NCBI GenBank assembly: GCA_964016885.1 | Contig: OZ024741.1 | Span: 290,594,001-290,658,000 of the forward strand | Source of the DNA: Eledone cirrhosa | Lineage: Eukaryota | DNA length: 64,000 nt | Direction of reading: 5' to 3' | Shown: positions 22,838 to 34,880 of the stretch, one piece after another | How positions within the stretch are numbered: position 1 is the stretch's first letter | How the letters are laid out: each line of letters opens with the position of its first letter | The notes under the pieces: model-generated | The model's database searches: none | Told to the model about the DNA's origin: nothing | What the model saw: only the letters and a program-made list of their open reading frames with translations | Position numbers and translations under genes: made by a program

Positions 22838-25800
22838 CCTGAAACACCCACACACATAACAGCTTCCCAAAACGTACCCCTCCCCAACACCCAGTGACGA
22901 CGAGGGAGTGCCTTTCCGACCAGTAAAAAGAAAAGACATAACAAACAAAAATGCAACAAACACACAATCACCAACACAAGCGACGCAAACAGGTCAAACA
23001 AAAATACCCCCTCCTGAAAACAAAACACCTACTACAAAACGTAAACACATACAAGAACCACAGACAAAAAGCAACCCAACACAACAAAAATGTTACACCT
23101 ACATAAATACTAACAATAAAACTTTAACAGACACCATATATAAAAACCCTTCGGTGGAGACCGAAGGGAAAACTTTTACACACTCTTCAGAGAATCCTAA
23201 TCTTAAAATGATTAGGACCTCCATGGACACACATAAACAATTAAAAGAAAAATTTCCTAACGACGTAGGTAACCCCTGGGTCAAACCCTACAATCGAGTC
23301 CTATTAAAATGTTTCCCCACCCCCACCCCCATCCCACCAGACACCCCCACCCCACCAAACATCTCTGTCCCCACCCCTCCAGAGACCACCAGCCACCAAA
23401 TAACCCCTCCAACACCCCCATGGAAATTGTGCAGCCTGGTTCCCAGGAGACGAAAAGGTGAGTGATTTCTTTTCCTCTTCTGTTGACTTTTCAGCACCAA
23501 CGTGGCCAATATAAGAGTTGGCTGTGTGAATGTACGCGGCCTCGGGATGCCCTGGAAATAGGGCAAACTCTTAAACGACCTCAGGTCGCACAGTATGGAT
23601 GTAGTCGACATTTGCGAGTCCAGGATCCACAGCGAGCGACAGCTGGCCCCCATCTTCGATGACTTTGAGATCTACGCATTTCTCTGTCGGCCGGGGGGTG
23701 GGGGCGGGGTTGCCGTTTTGCTGCGAAAACACCTGGGCCTCGTAACACAGACGGTACATCTGGACCCGGGGGGTCGACTGGTGGTCCTAGACGTTGACGG
23801 TAGTGAAGGTGGAGCCTTCAGGCTGGTGGCTGCATATGCCCCATCCGGGACAGCGCGGCCAGACGTCTTCAAACGTCTAGAGACTTTTCTGGGAACGTCC
23901 CGCTCCTTGCTTTTAGTGGGTGACTGGAATGGAATCCTAGATGCACGTTGGGTCTATGTGGGAGCATGCCCCGATAAAAGGGGGTATAACAGCCTCAAAC
24001 AGTTAATCGACCGATTTGACCTGGCCGATAGATATCGACTAGATTTTCCGACTGTGCCACTGGGGACGTGGACTAATCGCAGCGGAACATCTAGATCGTA
24101 CGTAGATAGGCTTCTAGTTAGAAATAAGGATAGGGACATGTTAAGCTGTCCACAAATGTTCATGGTTGCCTATTCAGATCACAAACTAGTGACCTGCATG
24201 GCCAACCTTGATAGAACCCATAGACAAGGACCCGGCTACTGGAAGCTGATCTTGTCGTTACCGACATGCAAAGCCTACAGTAGACGGATTAGCACTTTAG
24301 TTAAACAGCACTTGACAGGGGCCATTGTCAATAACAGATGGTGGTACTCTCTCAAGAGGGCAGTTAGATTAGACTCGTTAGTTTTTAGTAAAGAATTAGC
24401 GTTAGATAGAAATAGAACCGAGAGGGAACTGGTAGATAAAGTAGAAGAGGCAATTAGAAGTGGCAACCTAGCCAGCGTGCTAGCAACGAAAACGGCCTTG
24501 GACCAGTTCTTCGACGCAAAGCACGAGGGCTGCGTTGTCAGAAGCAACATACGTGCTCTGTGAAACGAGAGAGCCAAAGCTGTTAGCTGGGCCCGAGTGA
24601 CGGAGGCAAAAAGTAGCAACAAGTCCACGATTCTGTCTTTGAAGGACCAAAACGGACGCGTGATACGTGAGCCGAAGCAGATGTGTGCGGCCTTTTAGCG
24701 GCACTTTGCTCAACTGTTCGGGCAGGGCGGCGCGCCGGGAGGGGCTATGGATTTCGGTTCATACCTCGACGGCCTACCGCGACTCTCGGACAGCGAGGAG
24801 AAGTTCTGCGAAAGGCCGATTTCGGCCGCTGAGATAGGGGACGCACTGAGCCAATGCGGCAAACGCAAATCTCCAGGTCTCGACGGTCTACCCTACGAAT
24901 TTTACGTAGCAATGCCGGACTTGTTCCCCGGTCTCCTGGAAGCAGTCTACTGCAACTGGCAGCAGAACGGGAGAATTCCCAGTTCTGTGACCAATGGCGT
25001 AATCACGTTAGTCAGGACGGACGAGAATAAGGGGGATGACATAGGCAACTTCCGGCCCATAACTCTGCTCAACACAGAGTTACAGATTTTGGCCAAGGTA
25101 TTGGCAAAGAGGCTGGCGCTTGTCGTCGAAAACCTGGTGAGAGAAGCGCAGACATGCGCAATCCCGACCAAGTCCATACAGAACAACCTCCACCTCATGC
25201 GATACATCATAGAGAGGGTAGGGTGTAAACTCGGCTTTGGTGGGGACCTGATCAACTTGGATCAGTCTAAGGCTTTCGATAGGGTTGACCATCGTTACCT
25301 GGATGCGGTACTCGAGGGGGCAGGCTTCGGTCCCGTGTTCAGGGGCTGGATTGCTGCAATGCACAACAGCAACAACTACTCAAGGGTCAAGGTGAACGGA
25401 TACTTCTCGGAGCCGTTCCATATCACGCGATCCATCCGACAGGGATGCCCTCTCTCCTCCCTTCTGTACGTACTGACTCTCAAGCCACTTCTGCGGAAGT
25501 TGGAGCTATTGCAGGGCATCCCTTTGGAACCGGGACTGCGAAAAGCGGCGTCGGCCTACGCCGACAACGTGACAGTAATGGTGTCGAGCACCTCGCAAAT
25601 CGGGGAGATCGGCACCTTACTGGAGGAATACGAAAGGTTCACAGGAGCGAAGCTGAACCGGGACAAATCCGTCGGTTTGCAACTCGGAACGTGGAGAGGC
25701 AAACCGATGCCTTCCGATGACGTCGTCGGACGCTGAACGGGTCTGGTTTGGTCCTGACCTCCAGGTGGAGAAGAACTGGAACGAGGTGACGGCCAAGGTG

Positions 25801-27139
25801 TTTGCGCTCACCCAGAAGTGGGCCGAGTTCAAACTATCCTTGAAAAGTCGAGCGGAGGTGGCGAACACGTTTATAGCGTCCGTCATCTACTACCTCTTGA
25901 CCATTGTCAAAACGCTCACCAAAATGGAGCGCGCGCTCTTCCAATTCCTTTGGAAGAAACGGGCTCCTTTGGTGAGAAGATCCATCTGCTGCCAACACCC
26001 TTCAAACGGAGGGCTGGGGATGCCGTGGCTGACGATGCGCAAACACGCGCTCAGGCTGCGGCACCTCCACGTATTCCTCACCAGACAACCGGTGTGGGCC
26101 CCGTTCGTGAGGCAAGTCTTACATCGACTCGTCTCGCTGACCGAGCTGAAGACCTGGGTGAAGCAAAGACCGAGGAAAATGGGCGACTGGCATATCGAAT
26201 GTGCTTAGGCGCTCACAGTCCTCTGGCAAACGGACCCGGCGATCAGTGGAGACTCCACTTCGACATTCTATAGACGGTTGGTCCGCAGCAAGTGCGACGA
26301 CACGATCGGAGAAACTCTAGGCGTAGAGGAGGACGAACTGGCCAGTCTGTTCGGTAGGACCTTCCGCCCGGGACCAATGGACAACTTCCAAAAGTCCCTG
26401 GCCTGGCAGTGCTACATAGGAGCTCTACCAGTTCGAGACAAGCTCTACAGACACGGGCGACGGGTAGGGACCCTTCGAAAAAGATCTGTCGGAGATACGT
26501 GCGCGACGAGGAACCGTCGCACACGCATTTGTACACTGCCCGGGCGTTACCGACCTGTGGGGCTATGTAGAACGACTATTGTCGCGGGTGGGATCAATCC
26601 AGTTGACCATCGAGTCCATTGTCATGATCAAACCGCCTCCCTCTTTCAAAAACGAGGGAGAGGCGGTTTTCCTATGTGTTATGGCTATGGTGAAAGAGGT
26701 TATATGGTGGACGAGGTTAAAAGGGCTGAGGTCAGACACCTTTCTCTCCGGCGAGCAACTGATTCGTTTTTTCAAATATCATTTTGGAAGAAGAATCAGG
26801 ATGGAGATAGAGGTACTGTACCCCAGCAAATTTTATAAAAGGTGGGTGAATGTTGCAAAGATGGCCCGAGTGGTTGGGCCTTCTCTCTATATAAGCCTGT
26901 AGGTTGAGGAAAAAAAGGAAGAGAGGAAGGGAGTACTCACTCTTGGTGCTCCTGGAGATGAGGGTTGTACATTTTTTCGGGGTATGTACAACCCCTGTGT
27001 AAACCCCCCCCCCCCCCCCTATTGGGGATTTCAATTGTTATTTGTTGTTTTATTAATAGTTTTATTTTCATATACCTGTATGAAAACTCCCCATTCATAT
27101 TTGTCCCCTTCTTTTGTGCCCTTGTGGCTAATAAAGAAA
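22838..27139 (+). mobile_element. Tx1 family A copy A8: ORF1 C-terminal part, complete but disrupted ORF2 (from about 23502) and 3' UTR
   Basis: P/T/K-rich ORF1 tail, then NIRVGCVNVRGL, VGDWNG, SDH, RT motifs and the CCHC region, with several stops and frameshifts. (TATC)n at 22751-22837 and 27140-27260. Confidence 0.92.
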
Positions 27140-27161
27140 TTTATCTATTTATCTATCAATC

Positions 27162-27256
<95 letters not shown>

Positions 27257-27805
27257 ATTTCTATGTGTCTGTCTATGTTTGTATCTCTGTATATTAGACT
27301 AAACTATTTTTGCTGTTTATGCCACACCGTGGGAACGAGCATAGCCATAATATTCTCAAATTCCTTAAACTAATATGTAGATTTTTTTTCACATCTACTG
27401 TAATTAACCTTTAATGAGCAAAATGTTTCGACTGCTTATTAATTACCAAACAATGAATTAGGTCACGGCTACTAATCAGAAAATTATGACTATCTAGCAG
27501 GAACATTCGTAAATGTAAAAGTTTTTTTTCCCTGTGAAAATATTGTTAAGTTTAAAGAGACACAAGATCTCTATTTGTTGATCAAATTAAGGTATTGTTT
27601 TACACAATCATTTCTGTATTGATGACATAGGAAAATAGATCCGATCTCTGTGGTAAACGTTGTAAATGTTGTAAATGTATCAGTTTGACCTCAACAACCA
27701 ATAAAAGGGCGCCAGTGAGTTGTTAAGAATAGACTAAAGAAACAAACACTTGCTCGTTAATTTCTGCTCTCCTCTGTTAAAGAGACACTCAAGCACCATC
27801 AAAGT

Positions 27806-28320
27806 TTAAGAAGACACCCCTTTCCAGCTCCAGCCAGTACGGCTGGACGAAGGGGACGGCAAAAGAACAGACAGCATCACAATCTTCCCGTTCCACGGGG
27901 GTAGGCCCCTATTCTGGGATGCCACATGCTGTGACACATAATTAAGTGGCAACCTGGTGCGTTCAGATACCCCCACAGGCTCTGCTTCCCGCGAAGCCGA
28001 AGAGGGCAAACTGTCCAAGTTTCGGCTGCTCCAGGATAGGCTTGTGGTGGAGCCTGTGGCCATGGAGACTTTCGATGTTCTTAGCCCCCAGACAACGTCC
28101 TTACATACTGTTATAGGATAGGCGTTGGCCGCCCTCGGGTGCAAGCCCCGCGAGGTGGACTGGCTGTTCCAGCAGGTCTCCCTCACCGTTCTCCGGGAAA
28201 TGGATTCTCGAAACTGTTGGCCGGAACCCAAAGGTGGAGGGTAAGTTAGTTGGCAGGGGAGGATACTCGTTCGGACGTCACTTTCTCTACATTTTCTCAT
28301 ATCTATAGAAGACACTTTAG
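27806..28320 (-). pseudogene. Possible highly diverged L1/Tx1-like ORF2 C-terminal remnant
   Basis: RKCRESDVRTSILPC and ITVCKDVVWGLR loosely parallel the CCHC and IAMAKEVVWWTR motifs. Weak. Confidence 0.3.
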
Positions 28321-28474
28321 CAAGAAATTGTGTCTGATGATGGTAGTGAGGTGATGATGATGATCCGTTGTTGTTGGTGGTATTGATAGCTGGTGCCCGT
28401 GGAAAGACCAAGATGAATACATGTTAGTAGTCATTACAAGGTGGCCGGTCATAAAACATATCTATCCACCTATC

Positions 28475-31342
28475 TAAAAACATCAACTGAAAACACGCTC
28501 ACACCCAACACTGACATAAACATCCCGCCACAAACGACAACCACACCAACAATACAACCAAACACTTCACCAACAAAACAAACTCCCACACCACTACAAT
28601 CACAAACCCCAACCACAAAAAGAAAACTACAAACAGAAACAGTACACATAAAAAACAAAACACATTACACATACATAAAAACAAGAAACAAAGAACTGGT
28701 GGAAACTGTCCGAAAGGACCCCACAATACAAACGGAAGGGAAAACCTTCTCCACCAACGACCCACCCCCAAACCTCAAACTTATCAGGGTAACAACCCTA
28801 CAGTATGAAACCTTAAAAGAGAACTTCCCACATGATGTGCCCCCCCCCCATTGCCAAAAGCCCCTTAACCGTGTACCGCTAAAAGGATTCACTCCCTCCC
28901 CAAACACCACCAATCTGGACATGGAGATCGAACAACCCGACCTGCAGGAAACGAAAAGGTAAGTGTTCCTACCTTTTCTCCCCTTAACTCTTCTTCACCA
29001 ACATGGCGACTATACAAGTTGGATGTTTGAATGTACGTGACCTGGGCATGACCTGGAAACAGGGACAGCTTTTAAATCATCTCAGGTCACATTGTATAGA
29101 TGTGATAGCCATCACTGAATCCAGGATTCACGACAAGCAGTAGCTAACCCCCATGTTCGATGATTTTGAGATCTACGCATCTCTCTGTCAGCCAGATGGT
29201 GGAGAGGAGTTGCTGTTCTGTTTCGAAAAAAGTTGGATCTCAAAATACAGACGATTCCCTTGAACCCGGAGGGCAGCCTGGTGGTCCTGGACGTGAATGG
29301 TAGTGAAGGTGGAGCTTTCAGACTGGTGGCCGTATATTCCCCGACTGGGACATCGCGACCAGAGTTCTCCAAGCGTCTGGAGCCATTCCTGGGAACGTCT
29401 CACTCCTTAGTGTTATCGGGGAACTGGAATGGCATCTTATACACACGTTGGGACTGTGTAGGAGCTTGTGATAATAGAGTGGGGTGTAATAGTCTAAAAA
29501 ATCTCATCAGCCAATTCCAACTGGCTGATAGATATCGACTAGACTTCCCAAGTGCACCACTCTTGACGTGGAGCAACCGCACTGGGTCTTCTAGATCGTA
29601 TTTAGATAGATTTTTAATTAGACAGAATGATAAGGAAACATTAAACTGTCCACAAATGCACATAGTTGCCTATTCAGACCACAAATTAGTCACCTGCATC
29701 GTCAACCTTGATATAATACATAGACAGGGACCCGGATACTGGAAGGTAAACATGTTGCTCCCGGCGCATAAGGCCTACAGTAAATAGATTAGCACCTTAG
29801 TTAAGTGCCAGTTGACGGGGGCGATCGTCAACAACAGATGGTGGAGTTCTCTCAAGAAAGCAATTAGAATAGAATCGATAGCATTTAGCAAGGAAGTAGC
29901 TTTAGAAAAAAACAAAACTGAAAAGGAATTGGTAGCTAAAGTAGAAGAAGCACTTAGGAATGGCAATACAGCTGACGCGCTAGCGGCGAGAACGGCACTA
30001 GACCAGTTCTTCAACGTGAAACACGAAGGTTGTATTGTCAGAAGTAGAACACGTGCTCTAAGAAACGAGGGAGTCAAAGCTGTTAGCTGGGCCCGAGTGG
30101 CAGAGGCGAAAAGTGGCAACAAATCCACAATTCGGTTTTTGCAAGACAAAGATGGACGCATTATACTTGAATCCAAGCAGATGTCCACGGCCTTCCAGCA
30201 ACATTTTGCACAACTGTTCGGGCAAAGCGGTACGTCGAGCGAGGTGATGGACTTCAGCTCTTACCTCGACGGCGTACTACGACGCTCGAGCATGGATGCG
30301 GCGAGCTGCGAAAGGCCGATCACAGCGGGCGAAATAGAAGATGCCCTATGCCGCTGCGGGAAACGCAAATCACCCGGTTTAGATGGTCTACCCTATGAGT
30401 TTTACATAGGCATGCCAGACTTGTTCTCTGGCGTCCTCGAAGCGGTCTACTGCAACTGGCACGGATTCCAGTTCTGTTGGTAGAGGCGTAGTAACGCTGA
30501 TCAGGAAAGATGAGAACAAGGGGGGGGGGGGGAGATAAGCAATTTCAGGCCCAAATCTCCGCTCAACACAGTTAAAGATTTTGGCCAAGGTGTTAGCAAC
30601 GAGGCTGGCGCTTGTCGTCGAGATCCTGGTAGGGGAAGCGCAAATGTGTGCAATCTTGACCAGGTTCATAAACGACAACCTCTACTTCATGCGATGCATC
30701 ATAAAGAGGGTAGAGTGTAAACCTGGCTTCGATGGGGCTTTGATCAATTTAGATCAGTCTAAGGCATTTTATAGGGTCGACCATCAATACTTGGAAGCGG
30801 TTCTCAAGGCGGCCGGCTTCGGTCCCGTCCTCAGAGGCTGGATCGCTGCCATGCACACCAGCATCTGTACGGCAGTCAAGGTGAACGGCTACCTATCGTA
30901 GCCATTCCAAATCATGCGTTCCATCCGTCAGGGATGCCGTCTCTCCTCCATTCTGTATGTACTGACTCTCGAGCCGTTACTGCGGAAGTTGGAGCTGTTG
31001 CAGAGCATCCCGATCGAACCAGGACTTTGGAAAGCAGCGTCGGTCTATGCTGACAACATAACCGTAATGGTGTCGAAAACCTCGGAAATCGGGGTAATTG
31101 GCAACTTATTACAGGAATACGAAACGTTGTCAGGAGCAAGACTAAACCCAAACAAGTCTGTCGGTTTGCAACTCGGCACATGGAGAGGCAAACCCATGCC
31201 TTCCGACAGTGTCGTTTGACGCTGGACGGAAGGACCGGTGAAATTGCTCGGGGTCTGGTTTGGTCCAGACCTCCAGGTGGACAAGAACTGGAACGAGGTC
31301 ACGGCGAAGGTGTTTGCACTCACCCAGAAGTGGACTGAGTGT
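28475..31342 (+). mobile_element. Tx1 family A copy A9 (diverged): ORF1 tail plus ORF2 APE/RT from ATG 29003, 3' part lost
   Basis: Preceded by degenerate CATATCTATCCACCTATCTA. The ORF1 tail is homologous to A8, ORF2 begins MATIQVGCLNVR, and homology stops after TQKWTEC. Confidence 0.88.
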
Positions 31343-32025
31343 ATTTTGTGTTTGTGTCAGTATGCCTGATTGCTCGTATGTAAGGTCTGTATATGTGTAC
31401 TTTGTGTTTTGGTTGACGTACGTTTAGTGAACATATGTGTATTTACCTGTAGGTATGTGTGTGTGTGCGTTATTTACGTATTTATGTGTGTATATTTATA
31501 TACGTTTATATAATTATATGTATACACACATGCGTGGATGCGTATGTGTATATATTTAATTCTCGTTGATTTCAATAACCTCTGTCATTTTCGTTCTACT
31601 AATTTATTTAAATTATTCTTAACTTTGAAGCCGAGAATCATTCGGTTTCTTAATAGAATATTAGTCTCCGACTTAATTTATACCATAAACGTCGTTTTTT
31701 GTTTGCGTGTAATTGTTCTCTACGCTCCACATAATGACGTATTATCTACGCTTTTTCCGTTCATTGCCAGGGAACGTTCACGAACCAAAGTATCGTCTTC
31801 CTGTTTTCCTTCGGTTGCAACGTTTTTCGAAATATTTACTTGTGCGTTCACAGATTGACTTTTTTAGTTTCAGAAGATCCCGTTAAGTGTGAAAGAATCG
31901 ATTCTTTGCTTAAACTTTAATCTGTTATTTTAATAAATATTTGCTCTAGGGTTCTTATATATTTGATATATACTTTACCTTATCGAGTCCTCTTTGGAAT
32001 GTAGCCTTCAAATTTAATATTATTA

Positions 32026-32118
<93 letters not shown>

Positions 32119-32149
32119 GTAGCACCGGCTCAGAGCAGGAGAGTTAATG

Positions 32150-32930
32150 CGAAAAAGATATCGGATGCTGAATTTGCCGACGACATAGTTTTGGTGACAA
32201 ATACAGTGAAGAAGCAGAGAATTTGATGCAGGAGGTTGAGACTGTGTCGATGAGTGTGGGGCTGAGAATGAATGAGACTCAAACAAAATATCTGGTAGAG
32301 AATGTTGAGAAGCCGGAGGGGATCACTAATGTAGGCGGGAAGCCGCTAGAATTGGTTGAGGACTTCCTGTATTTGGGAGTAAAGATTGGGAATACGGAAG
32401 ATGATGTGGTTGAGAGGAAGGGCAAAGCCTGGGCGGCGTGCCACAGCTTGGGATCGGTGTGGAAGTCGTACCTTCGTAAAGACCTGAAAATCCGCCGCTT
32501 CATTGCTGACTGTGCTTCTGTACAGGTCTGAGACTTGGACACTGACCAAGAAACTCACTCAGATGGTGGATGGGTGCTACACGAGAATGCTGAGGATGGC
32601 TCTGAACATTAATCAGTGTACACTGAGGATGAAAACCTCAGAGCTGTATGGGAGCCTCCCAAAAGTCAGCTCAAAAGTGACACGGAGGAGACTGAGGTTA
32701 GCTGGACATGCTTACCGACATCCAGAGTTGACATTGCACACAGTGCTCCTGTGGGAGCCCCTACATGGACACACTGGAAGAGGGAAGACCAAGGTTAACG
32801 TATGTTGATGCCCTAAGGACAGACACTGGTCTGTTGGAGACGCAGGACATGGCAGCGATAATGAGACACAGAGACCGCTGGAGAGAACTCGTCCATGGAT
32901 CTCGGGAATTTTACCCGCCCTAGAAGAAGA
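32150..32930 (+). pseudogene. Decayed RTE/RTE-X-like LINE 3' fragment
   Basis: EFADDIVL, VEDFLYLG, RKGKAWAAC, YRSETWTLT, DGCYTRMLR, RRLRLAGH, LLWEP. Confidence 0.8.
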
Positions 32931-32942
32931 TATATATATATA

Positions 32943-34345
32943 TATACTATAAAGCTGACGTCCGTATGTAGGTAACAAAGTTTCCGCCAAACGGCTGGAC
33001 CAAACAGCACCAAATTTGCACCATAGATGTAAATTTCCAAGTAAAAAAGTGAGGGTTTTTTGGTGTACTGAATTTTGTTAAAAGATTAAAGACATTATTT
33101 AAATATTCTCTTCTTTAAAATTTCAAATGTCAACACTTCCGTTTATACGTCATTCCTCTCTTTTTCTTATGACGTCGCACAAAATTCCCCTCTTTTTCTT
33201 AGTCTGTCTTTTTAGATAGACACATAGCTATAACGTAGCGCCCTTATAATATGTATCTGTATGTCTGGCTGATTGCATTAGATAACGTTTTCGAAATATT
33301 TACTCTGCGTTCACAGACTGATTTTTTTAGTTTCAGAAGATGCCGTTGAGGGTGAAAGCAGCGATTCTTTGATTAAACTTTAATCTGTTATTTTAATATA
33401 TATATCTTCGTATACAGATATTTTTGCATACAAAAAACACAAACCTATTTATTTCACGAAAGCACAGACGGCTTATCGTCATTGTTACTGTTCGAGGTTA
33501 GAGGACCACAGTCTTTGCAAGATCTGAGAACCATCAATGTTTATCAATGTTCCATTTACCGTTTGGCTTGCCAGATGCATGGTATGTTACACGATGACAG
33601 CCATTGGCACCTAACCCTGCAAGAAGCAGCAACTGCTAAAGTCCCTTCTCAACTGCGAAAACGTTTTGCTATTATGCTGCATAACTGCGATCTCGCTGAC
33701 CCTCTCGCAATGGAACAACCACTGCGAAAGTCTAGCTGAGGACATCCTCCACCGCACACACAGACACAATCCGAACGTAACATACGATGTCGTTTTCAAT
33801 GAGGCGCTCGTTTGTCTTGAAAACAGTGTCCTGGAGATTGGTGGTAGGCCTCTAAGTCACTACAGATTACCTGCTCCTGACAATAGTGTCTAGAGGTCAA
33901 CGTCTACAGAGATTCTCCGCGAGACGAGCTATAAGATCAGTGATTCTCCCATGGTCAATTGTATGTAGGATGCTCTAGGGTGATCTCGCCAAACAATCTC
34001 TTCATCTTTGCTCCGGAGGGCTGCACAAAAAATATTGTATACTCTGAGGCTCTAACAATGTAATTTAAATATTTTCTGTTACTTGGAATTTCCATTATGG
34101 TTGTACAAATTATTGTTTGTTAAAAAATCTGTTCAGCCTTTATTGTTGTAACTATCAATTTTCTTTAACCGGAGAATCCTAAAAAGTATTCAAACCCAAC
34201 ATCAGAGCACGTTAACCCCCCCGCCCCTCACACTCTCACTGACTTGAGAGGGCGTGCGGTATCTTTGCACTGGAGTGTAGGAGGATTCCTGAAAAGATAA
34301 AATGCCGGTATACCTAGCCGGGCGCCAGCCGGACGGGTCAGCTAG
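32943..34345 (+). mobile_element. Internally deleted Helitron inserted in (TA)n
   Basis: RepHel fragments LLFEVRGPQSLQDLRT..AC..GML.DD.W..TL.EA..P.QLR..FA.ML..C (33482-33740) and the Pif1 C-terminus FSHGQLYVGCSRV..TKNIVYSEAL (about 33943-34055). A GC-rich subterminal segment is followed by CTAG|T at 34342-34346. Confidence 0.85.
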
Positions 34346-34356
34346 TATATATGTAA

Positions 34357-34393
<37 letters not shown>

Positions 34394-34394
34394 G

Positions 34395-34458
<64 letters not shown>

Positions 34459-34579
34459 TCAACCGGTAAAACTTAAAACCAAAACTGAATACTAATCAAT
34501 ACTATTACTAATTTTTACTTATTCCTAATTAAACTATTTTTCACTGGGAACAATTTGTCAGCATTTTCTTTTCCTTTTA

Positions 34580-34660
<81 letters not shown>

Positions 34661-34681
34661 ACACACATACACACACACAGA

Positions 34682-34730
<49 letters not shown>

Positions 34731-34880
34731 AAGTATGAATTCCTACGTGTAAAAAATGCATATAGGGAAACAAGTATTATCAAACCGTATGCCAATGTGC
34801 TTCTATGGCGGGTTAATAAATTAACAAGTCAGAACATATAATATCATGGTCTAGCAAATAGAGAAAATGTTTTGCACCGT

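Noticed and set aside
23458-23494. 37-nt mini-intron fusing ORF1 to ORF2
   Set aside because: The AG acceptor is absent from the homologous spacer in copy A9, and the intron would be very short.
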